64,000 bases of DNA from Paludibacteraceae bacterium (GCA_045119955.1 JBGVEG010000162.1:17-64016); one strand, 5' to 3'; positions 25,605 to 35,711 are shown, numbered from the stretch's first letter. The notes: a model not told the origin generated them from the sequence alone. Translations and numbers: made by a program.

Positions 25605-26661
25605 TAATCTTATTCTGGTGACAGAGCATGAGGGAGCCGTCTTCGCGGCGGAGATGCATACCTCCACCCTCGCAATAACGAAAGAGCTGGCAGTCCTTGC
25701 ACGGCTCTTTCTGTTTCATCCATTGACGGTTGCGGTAGTCCTTGAATCCATGCTCCCACACCTCCCAAAAATCATCTTTATAGATATTACCCTGATAGTA
25801 CTTACCGCGAATACTTGTACATGCAGATATACTACCATCAATCAAGATGGATGCCACACTCACACCTGCTGCACAATGGAAAAGATGATCACGTATCTCA
25901 CCTTCATAATCAGGCATAAAGCCCTCGCACGAGTACGACACATGCAATCCCTCTTGGCGTTTTTCTCGAATATAATCTAACACGTGGAGATGTTGCTCGG
26001 GCGTTAGTAGCAGTTCGGGATTATCTGCTGCACGTCCCATAGGATCAATCGTGATAAGTCGCCAGTTGCGCACTCCAATTGACCATAAGTATTCACGCAT
26101 CTCATCCAACTGAAGGATAGTGCGCTGATTCACGCAAGTAACTACGTCCCAAACGAGCGATGGCGTAGCCGCAGCCAGTTTAATCGCGCGGGTAGCACCC
26201 TCAAAAGCAAAGGGATGTTGGCGCAGCCAATTGTGGTTATCTTGCATGCCGTCAAAACTAATGGCCATGGAGCGTAAACCCGAAGCCATCAGTTCCTTGA
26301 AGCGTTTTTCTGTGAGTGCCAAACCATTGGTGACCATACCCCAAGGGTAGCCACGTTGCTTGAGCGCTTTGCCCACCTCGGCGAGATCTTTGCGCATCAG
26401 TGGTTCGCCACCGGAGATGATAATCAGCACCTTGTGTGGATCCACATGAGGCGTAATAGATTGATCTATCACACGGAGAAAATCTTCCGCAGGCATATCG
26501 GGTGTGACATCGTTGCTGGAGCAGTCGCTACCACAATGGAGGCAATGGACATTGCAACGGAGAGTGGACTCCCAAAAGAGTTGTTGCAGCGGGTGTAATT
26601 GCTGAAGGTTCTTGCGGCGAAGACGCTCAAGCTCGAATATGATGCGTTTGCGGAGGTTCAT
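25591..26661 (-). CDS. Radical SAM / SPASM-domain protein (356 aa)
   Basis: CNVHCLHCGSDC (CxxxCxxC) near the N-terminus and C-terminal Cys clusters including CKDCQLFRYC (Cx2Cx5C). The 3' end overlaps the argS 3' end by 14 nt (convergent). Confidence 0.85.
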   Translation of the reverse strand: MNLRKRIIFELERLRRKNLQQLHPLQQLFWESTLRCNVHCLHCGSDCSSNDVTPDMPAEDFLRVIDQSITPHVDPHKVLIIISGGEPLMRKDLAEVGKALKQRGYPWGMVTNGLALTEKRFKELMASGLRSMAISFDGMQDNHNWLRQHPFAFEGATRAIKLAAATPSLVWDVVTCVNQRTILQLDEMREYLWSIGVRNWRLITIDPMGRAADNPELLLTPEQHLHVLDYIREKRQEGLHVSYSCEGFMPDYEGEIRDHLFHCAAGVSVASILIDGSISACTSIRGKYYQGNIYKDDFWEVWEHGFKDYRNRQWMKQKEPCKDCQLFRYCEGGGMHLRREDGSLMLCHQNKITTFD

Positions 26662-26813
26662 GAGGAAAACTTCTTTATTAACGACAACTTAAACAACATT
26701 CCGCTCGCCAACTCCGCGAGCGGCAGGTGAATACTACGCACCTGCGCGGAGCGCACCCAACCGAGATGCAGTCGCCTTATTTCTTCTTAAGCTGGAGTTT
26801 GACATCTATGATA

Positions 26814-27476
26814 CTAAAATTGAATGCCGCAATCATATTCATAGAGTACATTAGCATCAAGTTCCTCAACATATACTCTATCAATTTCAAATGTCACAGC
26901 ATAGCGCTCGCGAACCAATCCTTCAAATTCAGACCAATAACATGCACTTATGAGAAATTTATCTCTCTCTTGGGTAATCTGAGGTGCAACCTTATGCTTA
27001 CCAGCAATAAAATGTTCACGCAAAATGTCGTAACCTTTCGAAGATTGCGAATAGATATAGTCACGATATGAGTAATTAGCATGCCATTGAAGAGGTAAAT
27101 AATGCCACATCTGAGACAAAAGATATGCTTGCCATGCCCCCATCTGCGAGTTCTCTACCTGCAAATAGTTCCAAAAATCATCTTCGAAATTAGTTGAGAG
27201 CCATTCACCTTGCTCATTATAAATCACAATAGGACTGGTATCTGCGAACATATCAAAAGTATCCTTATCATAGTAGGGAACGATTTTCATTGAATAATCG
27301 TCCTTCACTACAATTTTGTCCAGCAGAACTATTACATCGTTGTAGTTCTCGCCTTCTACCAATTGGGCGATTTGAATAGCCAATTCAGTTTCATCCCCAT
27401 ATGGTTCAGTAGGCGCGCTTGACGAACATCCTATCATCGCCAAACATAGAAATAGGTAAAAAAAGTATCTTTTCAT
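26814..27476 (-). CDS. Putative lipoprotein (220 aa) upstream of the radical SAM gene
   Basis: Lipobox signal MKRYFFYLFLCLAMIGCSSS. No other motif recognised. Confidence 0.6.
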   Translation of the reverse strand: MKRYFFYLFLCLAMIGCSSSAPTEPYGDETELAIQIAQLVEGENYNDVIVLLDKIVVKDDYSMKIVPYYDKDTFDMFADTSPIVIYNEQGEWLSTNFEDDFWNYLQVENSQMGAWQAYLLSQMWHYLPLQWHANYSYRDYIYSQSSKGYDILREHFIAGKHKVAPQITQERDKFLISACYWSEFEGLVRERYAVTFEIDRVYVEELDANVLYEYDCGIQF

Positions 27477-27510
27477 GTGCTTTGATAATTTACTTTTTCT
27501 TAAGTTGGAA

Positions 27511-27538
27511 AATAGACTACCAATGCGGGTAGTCTATT
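27511..27538 (-). terminator. Intrinsic terminator of rny
   Basis: AATAGACTACC / GGTAGTCTATT 11-bp stem with a 6-nt loop. On the minus strand it is followed by TTTTCC, 24 nt after the rny stop. Confidence 0.7.
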
Positions 27539-27561
27539 GCTTTTGATATATCTTATCGTTG

Positions 27562-29088
27562 TTACTTCGCGTAACTTACAGCACGTGTCTCGCGGATAAC
27601 GGTGATACGGATTTGACCAGGATAAGTCATCTCGTCTTGGATACGCTTCGCAATATCGAAGGAGAGCAACTCGGTCTCCTTATCGCTGAGTTTGTCTGCT
27701 CCTACAATCACGCGTAGTTCACGACCCGCTTGCAAGGCGTAGGTCTTGGTTACACCTGGATAAGACATAGCGATATTTTCCAAGTCGTTGAGGCGTTTCA
27801 CATATGCCTCTACAATCTCGCGGCGAGCACCTGGACGTGCACCCGAGATAGCGTCACAAGCCAAGACGATAGGCGCAATGATAGACTCCATCTCGCATTC
27901 CTCGTGGTGTGCACCTACCGCATTGCAGATATCGGGTTTCTCGCCATACTTCTCGCAGAGTTTCATACCCAATTGTGCGTGTGGCATCTCCATATCCTCA
28001 TCGCTCACTTTACCAATATCGTGGAGCAGACCTGCACGGCGTGCTTTCTTGACGTTCAAACCGAGCTCAGCAGCCATAGCCGCACAGAGGTTAGCTGTCT
28101 CGCGAGCGTGCATAAGGAGGTTCTGACCATAACTGGAACGGTACTTCATCTTACCAATCAAGCGAACGAGTTCTGGGTGCATGCCGTGGATACCGAGGTC
28201 GATGGTAGTACGCTTACCTGTCTCTATGATTTCCTCCTCGACTTGTTTGGTCACCTTAGCTACCACCTCTTCGATACGTGCAGGGTGGATACGTCCGTCT
28301 TGTACCAATTGGTGAAGTGCCAAGCGTGCAATCTCGCGGCGCACAGGATCAAACGCTGATAGTGTGATAGCTTCTGGCGTATCGTCCACCACGATCTCCA
28401 CACCCGTAGCAGCCTCCAGTGCACGGATATTACGACCCTCACGGCCAATGATACGACCCTTAACCTCGTCATTATCAATATGGAATACGGTAACCGCATT
28501 CTCCACAGTTGCCTCTGAGGCAATACGTTGGATAGATTGGATAATGATTTTCTTAGCCTCTTTATTGGCAGTCAGGCGTGCCTCGTCCATGGTGTCATTA
28601 ATGTACGCCATAGCAGCCGTCTTAGCTTCATCCTTGAGGGCATCCACGAGTTGTTTCTTAGCCTCTTCCGCAGAGAGACCAGAGATTTGCTCCAGCTGTT
28701 GCTCGGCGGCTTTTTGCAGACGGTCAATCTCTTGGGTCTTACGCTCAAGCGCTTTTTGCTGGTTCTCGATGTTTTGCTTTTGCGTATTCAACTCATTCTG
28801 TGCACGCTGCACTTCGCTTTGCTTTTGGTTGAGTTGTTGGTCACGTTGTTGTACGCGTTGCTCTTGTTGGTGGAGTTTCTGCTCCGCTTGGCGTACATGG
28901 TTCTCGTGTTCGAGCTTGAGTGCAATGAATTTCTCTTTTGCCTCAATGATTTTGTTCTTTTTGATTACTTCGGCCTCTTCTTCCGCCTTGCGGAGAATGC
29001 CTTTCGCAGAATAGCGGAAAAGGAGGTAGCAGATACCTGCTCCTGCTAATAACGCTACTATTGCGACAAGTGTGTTTACAATTATCAT
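27562..29088 (-). CDS. rny: Ribonuclease Y
   Basis: N-terminal TM segment, long coiled coil, KH domain ([15 protein letters not shown]) and HD domain (LLHDIGK). Confidence 0.95.
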   Translation of the reverse strand: MIIVNTLVAIVALLAGAGICYLLFRYSAKGILRKAEEEAEVIKKNKIIEAKEKFIALKLEHENHVRQAEQKLHQQEQRVQQRDQQLNQKQSEVQRAQNELNTQKQNIENQQKALERKTQEIDRLQKAAEQQLEQISGLSAEEAKKQLVDALKDEAKTAAMAYINDTMDEARLTANKEAKKIIIQSIQRIASEATVENAVTVFHIDNDEVKGRIIGREGRNIRALEAATGVEIVVDDTPEAITLSAFDPVRREIARLALHQLVQDGRIHPARIEEVVAKVTKQVEEEIIETGKRTTIDLGIHGMHPELVRLIGKMKYRSSYGQNLLMHARETANLCAAMAAELGLNVKKARRAGLLHDIGKVSDEDMEMPHAQLGMKLCEKYGEKPDICNAVGAHHEECEMESIIAPIVLACDAISGARPGARREIVEAYVKRLNDLENIAMSYPGVTKTYALQAGRELRVIVGADKLSDKETELLSFDIAKRIQDEMTYPGQIRITVIRETRAVSYAK

Positions 29089-29103
29089 AATATAGAATCT
29101 TTT

Positions 29104-29400
29104 TTAGTTATTATTTTGTAATGTATTTAGTATCAATTGATTTAGCTCTTGTATTTTCTCCTCTATAGGTTGCAAGCGATGAGCATGCGCATCGGCTTGC
29201 AGGTTAACCGCCATCTCCAATGCAACAAATACCCATATCTGTTCCGCTGAGTGGGTAGGTAACATCTTGCGGTAGTGGCGATAACGCTCGTTGATTTGCT
29301 CTGCTGCATTGCGGTAGAGCACCTCTTTGTCTGCCACCACATTCAGTGAGATATGGTGCGCATCGAGTTGGAGGGTGATATGTTGTTTGCGTGGTTCCAC
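29104..29400 (-). CDS. zapA: Cell division protein ZapA
   Basis: 98 aa, ZapA-like N-terminal strand pattern plus C-terminal helix, in the conserved position immediately upstream of rny. Confidence 0.7.
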   Translation of the reverse strand: MEPRKQHITLQLDAHHISLNVVADKEVLYRNAAEQINERYRHYRKMLPTHSAEQIWVFVALEMAVNLQADAHAHRLQPIEEKIQELNQLILNTLQNNN

Positions 29401-29406
29401 TTGTGT

Positions 29407-29694
29407 TTATTGTTTGAGTGCCTCGAGTGCGCGATCAACTTGCGCAATCAAGTTGGTGAGTCGTTGGCGTACACGGTCTCGTTGTTCGCCATCGGTCTGC
29501 TCTGCCAAGAGAGCATATGCGGTCTCCAGGTGGTTGTAGTCTGCCTTGAGTTGGAGGTAATCGGCATGAGTGCGCATCATCTCCTTGCGTTGGCGCTCGT
29601 TATCCTGCTGAATGTCAAGCAGTTGCTGCTGCAACTGGCGATACTGCGTGAGTAACGTCTCCAGATTGCTCTCCAGTGTTGCCAAACTCTTCAT
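29407..29694 (-). CDS. Small coiled-coil protein (95 aa)
   Basis: Heptad-rich, Q/L/E/R-rich sequence, 6 nt upstream of zapA. Confidence 0.55.
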   Translation of the reverse strand: MKSLATLESNLETLLTQYRQLQQQLLDIQQDNERQRKEMMRTHADYLQLKADYNHLETAYALLAEQTDGEQRDRVRQRLTNLIAQVDRALEALKQ

Positions 29695-29714
29695 TGGTAG
29701 CCCTTGTCACCGTG

Positions 29715-30794
29715 TTAGAAACTATAACCTACGCCCAAACCGAGTGTGCCTTTAAACTGTACACGCTCCGCTGCAATACCCTCTGCATCGGCAATCTTCA
29801 CACCATTGTAGTACTTGAGCGAAGTAGAGAGGGTTACGTTGAGGCACTTGAGGAACTGGTAGGAGATAGCCATATCCCAATCCACATCGAAGTTACCAAA
29901 GCGTTGGTTATTATCCTGATAACCAACATATTCCATACCCTCGTATGACTGATTGCCAAGACCTAAGTCAGCGTAGTATTGTCCAGCTGCATCCTTGTAG
30001 ATCTTCGTCTTATTCCAAGCATATGGGGTATAAAGTCCCACAGAAGTGATAATCTTCAGATCCTTATAGGTATAGTTGATAGCACCCTTGAGCGAGAGAC
30101 CCAATTCTGCACGCATATTGCAGTCATAGCTCTTCTCCACCAAACCTGTTTGCTCGTTCACCTCGTATTGCCATACTGCATATTTCTCTTTGAGTTCGTG
30201 CTCAAGGTCAACTTGGTCAGCCGCATACTTCTGTGCCATAGCATCACTCACATATACTGTTCTCAGACGGCCAGCAACTGGAGAGATATAGACAGAGAAT
30301 ATATTATTAGGTTTCCAGTCAATACCGACAGATATATCGGTATAGGCAGGTGCAAGGAACTTAGAAATAATAGGGTCGTATGCCTCTGAAACACCATATT
30401 TGCGACCAGGAGCGAACTGACTTTGGAAGCCCGCGGAGGCGGTCAAGTACCATGTCTTGGCCATTTCCCAACCAAACTTGGTGGTAAAATTAATCTTATC
30501 GCTTGACTTCTGAAATGGATCAAACTCCTGATCAATATAAGATAGTCCATATTCCAAGTCCAGGTTTGTTTCCCATGACATGCTATTCTCCGCATATAGG
30601 AGACGTACCTTGCCAAAAGCGACACCAGTCACATTGTTGTTACCACCTGCAGACCAGTTCACAAGCCCCGTAGCGCTGGCATTGAGACCTAAGACACCCG
30701 AGCACTTCCATGCTGATGGCTCTTTCTCTGCTTCTTGCGCAGAGATACTCATTGCCAAAATGAGTGAGAAGATAGATAGTAAGTATCTTTTCAT
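29715..30794 (-). CDS. Predicted outer-membrane beta-barrel protein (DUF3078-like, 359 aa)
   Basis: Signal peptide MKRYLLSIFSLILAMSISAQ, alternating beta-strand pattern, and C-terminal ...LGLGVGYSF. Confidence 0.55.
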   Translation of the reverse strand: MKRYLLSIFSLILAMSISAQEAEKEPSAWKCSGVLGLNASATGLVNWSAGGNNNVTGVAFGKVRLLYAENSMSWETNLDLEYGLSYIDQEFDPFQKSSDKINFTTKFGWEMAKTWYLTASAGFQSQFAPGRKYGVSEAYDPIISKFLAPAYTDISVGIDWKPNNIFSVYISPVAGRLRTVYVSDAMAQKYAADQVDLEHELKEKYAVWQYEVNEQTGLVEKSYDCNMRAELGLSLKGAINYTYKDLKIITSVGLYTPYAWNKTKIYKDAAGQYYADLGLGNQSYEGMEYVGYQDNNQRFGNFDVDWDMAISYQFLKCLNVTLSTSLKYYNGVKIADAEGIAAERVQFKGTLGLGVGYSF

Positions 30795-30836
30795 TGTTAT
30801 TCTTTACTAAAATATTAATTATTTATTGTTCATTTT

Positions 30837-31364
30837 TTAATATTGTGCAGCGTCATACACTTGATCGGCTATTTCACTGCCGACCATTTTCTCTATCAGG
30901 CAGAACGCGAAGTCGCTACTCAGTCCAGGACCTTTGGCGGTAATGATGTTCTTGGACTCTACGACCAGTCCATCAATATAACTCTCGCCAAGATACTCCT
31001 CAAAGCCGGGATAGCAGGTTGCTTGTTTGCCCTCAAGGATACCCAATCTGCCCAAGACTGAAGGAGCAGCGCAGATAGCAGCGATCAGTTTGTCCTGTTC
31101 GTTGTGTTTCACCAATAGTTGGCAGAGTGTCTCGCACTCGTGCAGTTTGGTAGCGCCACCTGGTAGGATAAGCATTTCTGCATCAGCGAAATCCGCATTA
31201 GCAATCAGCGTATCTGCTTTGACGGGTATATTATGCGCACCCATCACCCATTCTTGTCCAGTCACAGAAACGGTGGTCAGCGCGATATTTGCACGGCGCA
31301 AGAGGTCAATCGTAGTGATAGCCTCAATCTCTTCAAAACCATTGTCTAAAAAAATGTAGTTCAT
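30837..31364 (-). CDS. DJ-1/PfpI-family protein
   Basis: 175 aa with the nucleophile-elbow AAICAAPSVL and LILPGG. Confidence 0.85.
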   Translation of the reverse strand: MNYIFLDNGFEEIEAITTIDLLRRANIALTTVSVTGQEWVMGAHNIPVKADTLIANADFADAEMLILPGGATKLHECETLCQLLVKHNEQDKLIAAICAAPSVLGRLGILEGKQATCYPGFEEYLGESYIDGLVVESKNIITAKGPGLSSDFAFCLIEKMVGSEIADQVYDAAQY

Positions 31365-31375
31365 GATAAAAACAT

Positions 31376-32212
31376 TTAGTTGAGTTTGAAATTATAAGTT
31401 ATAGAACCTATTTGTTCTTTATCTCCTTCCGAAAATTTAGCCTTACGGGCAGCATCCAAAGCCAATTGTATCGTGTATTGGTCACTAATGGTTGTACCAC
31501 CAGCTTGAGAAACTTTGATGACATTACCCGCTTTATCCACACGGATCGAAACAACCACTCTACCCTCTTCCCTAAAATCTGTAGATGGTTTGGGCATACT
31601 CTTCATGCTTCGTCCCTGCAAAGACCACATATTGCCATCCACCTGTCCGAAGTTTTTGCCCACGGGATTCCCTTTGCTGGTGGTAGATGCTGTAGCCGTA
31701 GCATTATCGGCATTAGCCCCCTCAGTGGAGCCAGCTTGTCCGAATAGGGCTGCCATGGCTTGGGCTTTCTTAATGGCTTCTTCCTCGCGGGCTTTCTGCT
31801 CGGCAAGGGCTTTCTCTCGTTCTATGCGCTCCGCCTCAATACGAGCCTCTTCCTCGCGTTGCTTGCGGATGAGTTCTTGCTCCTCTGCCTCACGCTTGAT
31901 AAGATCCTCGTTCTGCTGCGCAAGCGTTAGGGACTCCTCATCCTCTTGCACCATGAGATCATTATCTGAGGGTTGTACAGGCGTAGGGGTTGGAGCAGCA
32001 GGTTGTTGTTCGACCTGCGTGATTGGGTCAGGCATTGGGAGCACATCTGGCATACCGCCACCCTCATCCGCATCGCCAAAGGTGATAACAATACCCTCGT
32101 CCTCCAATTGGATAGGTGCCACCATCGTCAGCTTGAAAAGCAATAGGAACAACAGCAATAGCAGAACAATCGTTCCACCCGCTGCAATGATATGTGATTG
32201 ATAGTCTTTCAC
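31376..32212 (-). CDS. tonB: TonB-family energy transducer
   Basis: N-terminal TM segment, Pro/Glu/Lys-rich spacer, C-terminal TonB domain. Overlaps exbD by 4 nt. Confidence 0.8.
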   Translation of the reverse strand: MKDYQSHIIAAGGTIVLLLLLFLLLFKLTMVAPIQLEDEGIVITFGDADEGGGMPDVLPMPDPITQVEQQPAAPTPTPVQPSDNDLMVQEDEESLTLAQQNEDLIKREAEEQELIRKQREEEARIEAERIEREKALAEQKAREEEAIKKAQAMAALFGQAGSTEGANADNATATASTTSKGNPVGKNFGQVDGNMWSLQGRSMKSMPKPSTDFREEGRVVVSIRVDKAGNVIKVSQAGGTTISDQYTIQLALDAARKAKFSEGDKEQIGSITYNFKLN

Positions 32213-32616
32213 TTCTTCGTGGCTATAACAATCTTCATCTTATGTTCGTTAGCAATATCCAGCACATTCACCACCTCGCGATAGGCAATATCCTGATCCG
32301 CATGCAGAGCGATATACATGGCGCTATCTTGTTGCTGAATAGTACAGAGATATGCCTCCAAGTCCTCCGCCAAGATAGGCATAGGTTTCTGACGACCAAG
32401 GGCCACATAGTAGTTACCCAGGTTGTCGATACTCACTTTAGCCACCACCTGCTTCGTCGTGCTTTTCGCACGTGCCTGTGGCAAGTTGATTTTAATATCA
32501 TTAGGCGAGGACATGGTACTCACCATCACAAAGAAGAGCAATAGCAAGAATATCAAGTCCGTCATGGAGGACATGGCAAATGTTGCCTCCACTCTATTTC
32601 GTCTTTTCAGTGCCAT
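32209..32616 (-). CDS. exbD: Biopolymer transport protein ExbD/TolR
   Basis: 135 aa, single TM segment (MTDLIFLLLLFFVM) plus a periplasmic domain. Confidence 0.85.
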   Translation of the reverse strand: MALKRRNRVEATFAMSSMTDLIFLLLLFFVMVSTMSSPNDIKINLPQARAKSTTKQVVAKVSIDNLGNYYVALGRQKPMPILAEDLEAYLCTIQQQDSAMYIALHADQDIAYREVVNVLDIANEHKMKIVIATKK

Positions 32617-32622
32617 AGTTTA

Positions 32623-32657
32623 GTGTAACGTGTAAAGTGTATAGTGTAAAGGCGAGG
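32623..32657. repeat. Heptamer array GTGTAAN
   Basis: gtgtaac gtgtaaa gtgtata gtgtaaa ggcgagg, filling the exbB-exbD spacer. Confidence 0.75.
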
Positions 32658-32659
32658 GG

Positions 32660-33367
32660 TTATACTGGCTCATTGAGCAAGTCCATGAACTCCATGGTAC
32701 GCGCCTCGAGTTGGCGTACTACACGGTCAATACGTGATACAAGGAAGTTGTATGCAAACATAGCCAGAATACCTACAATCAAACCACCGACGGTAGTCAC
32801 CATAGCTTGGTACATACCCTCTGACAAGGTAGAGATCTCTATCACACCGCTGGCGTTTTGCGCCATATTGAAGAAGGTCTGCACCATACCGAGCACCGTA
32901 CCCAAGAAACCAAGCATAGGTGCACCCGCAGCAATAGTCGCCATCAGTACCAATCCTTTCTCCAATGTACTTACCTCCAGGTTACCTACGTTCTCAATAG
33001 CCACTTGTACATCTTGCATAGGACGACCGATACGTGAGATACCCTTCTCCACCATACGAGCAGCAGGTGTTTCAGCACGTTGGCAAAGTTTGACAGCGGA
33101 ATCAATCTTACCCTCTTTGATATAATCGCGGATACGGTTCATAAAGGTCTTATCCTCTTTGGTTGCCTTGGTCAGCACCACCATACGTTCAATGAACAGA
33201 TAAAGCGCAAACGCCAACATCAATGCCAGCACGATCATAATCCAACCACCATACTGAGCCATGGCGAAGAGATTAATGGATTCTTGCATAGGTTGTTCTA
33301 CCGTTGCTAATGTGTCTTGTACAGCCGTCATAGCTGTATCCATGTTAGTTTGAATTTGAAAGAGCAT
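32660..33367 (-). CDS. exbB: MotA/TolQ/ExbB proton-channel protein
   Basis: 235 aa, three TM segments, and the conserved [14 protein letters not shown] segment. Confidence 0.88.
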   Translation of the reverse strand: MLFQIQTNMDTAMTAVQDTLATVEQPMQESINLFAMAQYGGWIMIVLALMLAFALYLFIERMVVLTKATKEDKTFMNRIRDYIKEGKIDSAVKLCQRAETPAARMVEKGISRIGRPMQDVQVAIENVGNLEVSTLEKGLVLMATIAAGAPMLGFLGTVLGMVQTFFNMAQNASGVIEISTLSEGMYQAMVTTVGGLIVGILAMFAYNFLVSRIDRVVRQLEARTMEFMDLLNEPV

Positions 33368-34067
33368 ATTTGTATTGTTTAATCGTTTCTTGTATTCCTA
33401 AATATAATGCATCCGCAATGAGTGCATGCCCGATACTCACCTCATCCACCCAGGGGAAGGCAGTCACAAAGGCGCGAAGGTTACGCAGGTTGAGGTCGTG
33501 CCCCGCATTGAGTCCTAATCCTAAGTCGCGCGCCTTCTCTGCCGCTGCGCGATACATCGCAATCGCAGCATCAGGGTCATGGTCATATAGTTCGGCGTAA
33601 GGACCTGTATAGAGTTCTACCCTATCCGCTCCTGCCTTAGCAGCATACTCCACCATCTCCGCATCAGCATCCACAAAAACGGAAACGCGGATTCCTGCTA
33701 ACTTAAAACGTTGGATAATCGTTGTCAGTTTAGCCAAATGTGCCTTGGTATCCCAGCCATGATTGCTGGTCAACTGGTCATGTGCATCTGGCACAAGGGT
33801 CACTTGGGCGGGCTTCACCGCCAACACCAGATCCATGAAAGCAGGTTCGGGGTTTCCCTCAATATTAAACTCTGTTGTCACAATATCCTTCAGCGCATAC
33901 ACATCTGCGCGGGTTATGTGGCGTTCATCCGGACGAGGGTGAACCGTAATTCCCTCTGCGCCAAAGCCTTCGCAGTCTTTAGCAAACTGCTCCACATCAG
34001 GCAAGTTGCCACCGCGCGCGTTGCGCAGCGTGGCTACCTTATTAATATTTACACTCAATCGGGTCAT
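33345..34067 (-). CDS. pdxJ: Pyridoxine 5'-phosphate synthase
   Basis: ORF 33345-34118 trimmed to [19 protein letters not shown] at 34067. It aligns with the E. coli PdxJ N-terminus as I recall it ([16 protein letters not shown]). Confidence 0.9.
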   Translation of the reverse strand: MTRLSVNINKVATLRNARGGNLPDVEQFAKDCEGFGAEGITVHPRPDERHITRADVYALKDIVTTEFNIEGNPEPAFMDLVLAVKPAQVTLVPDAHDQLTSNHGWDTKAHLAKLTTIIQRFKLAGIRVSVFVDADAEMVEYAAKAGADRVELYTGPYAELYDHDPDAAIAMYRAAAEKARDLGLGLNAGHDLNLRNLRAFVTAFPWVDEVSIGHALIADALYLGIQETIKQYKYALSNSN

Positions 34068-34075
34068 AATCGCTG

Positions 34076-34083
34076 CAAAGGTA
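34076..34083 (-). promoter_or_regulatory. -7 box TACCTTTG only 8 nt upstream of the pdxJ ATG
   Basis: CAAAGGTA on the plus strand. Implies a leaderless or near-leaderless pdxJ mRNA if it is functional. Confidence 0.4.
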
Positions 34084-34098
34084 CAAAAAAAAATGCAC

Positions 34099-34258
34099 AT
34101 TTGCAAGCAAATGAGCAAAAAGTTTACTTTTTAGCGAAATTTGATTGCAAATGGGCTGCGTAGAGTGGCAGTAGCTTCGAGGTGGTCGAGTGAGCGAAGC
34201 AAACGAGATCGGTGCCCTCGAAGGTACAACCATGCCACTCTGCGCGAGGGCGTAGCCC
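34099..34258 (+). repeat. Composite element: AT-rich hairpin plus a long rod-hairpin repeat (MITE/REP-like), copy 1
   Basis: ATTTGCAA...TTGCAAAT hairpin (34099-34152). Then GGGCTGCGTAGAGTGGCAGTAGCTTCGAGG ... CCTCGAAGGTACAACCATGCCACTCTGCGCGAGGGCGTAGCCC (34153-34258). Homologous to 43469-43651. Confidence 0.8.
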
Positions 34259-34278
34259 GCATTTAGGCTACATAGCAT

Positions 34279-34848
34279 TTACACCGTTGGTTCAAAGAAC
34301 TGCTGCATTTCATCGAAACGAAAAACAGTATCCGAACCATACTTCCATAGGTGTTGGCGGATTTTAGCCATAGGCTTGTCCTCGCCGAGTCGCGTTTTGG
34401 AATAGAACTTATCTGCATAGCAGATCAAGCGCTCTTCAAGGGTGCGAGGCGTATAGTCTTGCAACGGAATGGGCAGTTGCTCGCGCATGATTTGCTCCAT
34501 GGTGATACCCGTACCTGTATGACGTTCTGCGACGGCAGCATGTTTGGGCAAGCCCTCTTGGCGGAGAATCTCTGCCCCTAAATAGCCATGCTCAATATAG
34601 GCGTGCGTACCCTTGCAGTGTATCTTAGGCGCATCGCAAAGTACCACGCCAATGTCGTGTAGCATCGCCGCTTCCTCCACAAAAGCAGGGTCTACTAAGC
34701 CCTGTTCTACCCATTCAGGATGCAAACGCAAGATAGCCAACGCGCGGTCAGCCACCTGACGAGAGTGGGCAAGCAAAATCTGCTGGAGTTCAGGATTACC
34801 TGCACAGTACTTGCTTATGATTGCTTCGTAATCTATCATTTGCCCCAA
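34279..34848 (-). CDS. HD/HDIG-domain phosphohydrolase (189 aa)
   Basis: H...HDIG motif (MLHDIGVV) and downstream His/Asp residues. Confidence 0.75.
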   Translation of the reverse strand: MGQMIDYEAIISKYCAGNPELQQILLAHSRQVADRALAILRLHPEWVEQGLVDPAFVEEAAMLHDIGVVLCDAPKIHCKGTHAYIEHGYLGAEILRQEGLPKHAAVAERHTGTGITMEQIMREQLPIPLQDYTPRTLEERLICYADKFYSKTRLGEDKPMAKIRQHLWKYGSDTVFRFDEMQQFFEPTV

Positions 34849-35711
34849 TTAAGTTTCTCTTTAAGGGACTGCATAAAGGTTTGCCCACTGATACGAACGA
34901 GTTTGATGGTGCGTTGGGAGCGCTCAATATGCAGCTGAATATCTTGGCTTAGAACCTGACTTCGTCCGTCCACACTAAGTAGGAAATTGCCATTGCGACT
35001 GCTGATCTTGACATCAATCTTGCTATCATCCAGCACCACCAAGGGACGGATATTGAGACTATGCGTTGCTACAGGTGATAGAATAATCGCATGCACATGG
35101 GGATCCAAAAGAGGACCACCTACACTGAGATTGTACGCTGTGGAGCCCGTAGGGGTGGCAATGAGTAGGCCATCCGCCTTATAGTTGTGTAGGTACTCGC
35201 CATTAAGCGTTACATCCACTGTTATCATGCTACTCAGACCTGACTTGAGGATAGCCACTTCGTTGAGAGCGTATGGAGAAGCAATCTTGCCATCATGCTG
35301 ACAGGTGACTTCCAACATACGACGCTGCTCTATAGTATAGTGATTACCAATGAGTTGTTCGAGAACGGAATCGACATGCTCTGTCTGCACCTCTGCCAGA
35401 TAGCCTAAGTGTCCGCAGTTGATACCCAATATCGGAATATCCAAGTGTCCAACCATGGAAGCTGTTGTCAGGAATGTGCCATCTCCACCTAAGGAAAGGG
35501 CAAAATCAATGGTATTGCCCGTATGCGCGACACAGTCCTCCACTGAAGGATACTCGCGATAGAGGGTCTCATGACGTAATTCCTGTGAGAGGACAATCTC
35601 CACATCGCGTTGCTGCAAGTAGTCGATGATATGCTTCACCTCTCGAAGCGTGTCGGAGCGTAGAGTATTTCCAAAGATAGCGATTGTCATATTTCTTTTT
35701 AATTTAGGCAT
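34836..35711 (-). CDS. nadK: NAD kinase
   Basis: 291 aa with the GGDGT motif (LSLGGDGTFL) and NE..I, TPTGSTAYNLS. Confidence 0.9.
   Translation of the reverse strand: MPKLKRNMTIAIFGNTLRSDTLREVKHIIDYLQQRDVEIVLSQELRHETLYREYPSVEDCVAHTGNTIDFALSLGGDGTFLTTASMVGHLDIPILGINCGHLGYLAEVQTEHVDSVLEQLIGNHYTIEQRRMLEVTCQHDGKIASPYALNEVAILKSGLSSMITVDVTLNGEYLHNYKADGLLIATPTGSTAYNLSVGGPLLDPHVHAIILSPVATHSLNIRPLVVLDDSKIDVKISSRNGNFLLSVDGRSQVLSQDIQLHIERSQRTIKLVRISGQTFMQSLKEKLNWGK

Noticed and set aside
26734-26805. A 23-codon minus-strand ORF between the lipoprotein and radical SAM genes, considered as a RiPP precursor
   Set aside because: It has no Cys/Gly-rich core or leader-like features, and it overlaps the hairpins. 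I cannot distinguish it from chance without comparative data. It is mentioned only as something to test.
34042-34278. A 78-aa ORF and the 93-aa ORF at 43497-43778 that share the peptide RSYCH.TQPI
   Set aside because: The similarity comes only from reading through the rod-hairpin repeat. The rest of the ORFs are unrelated, and they overlap promoter and hairpin sequence.
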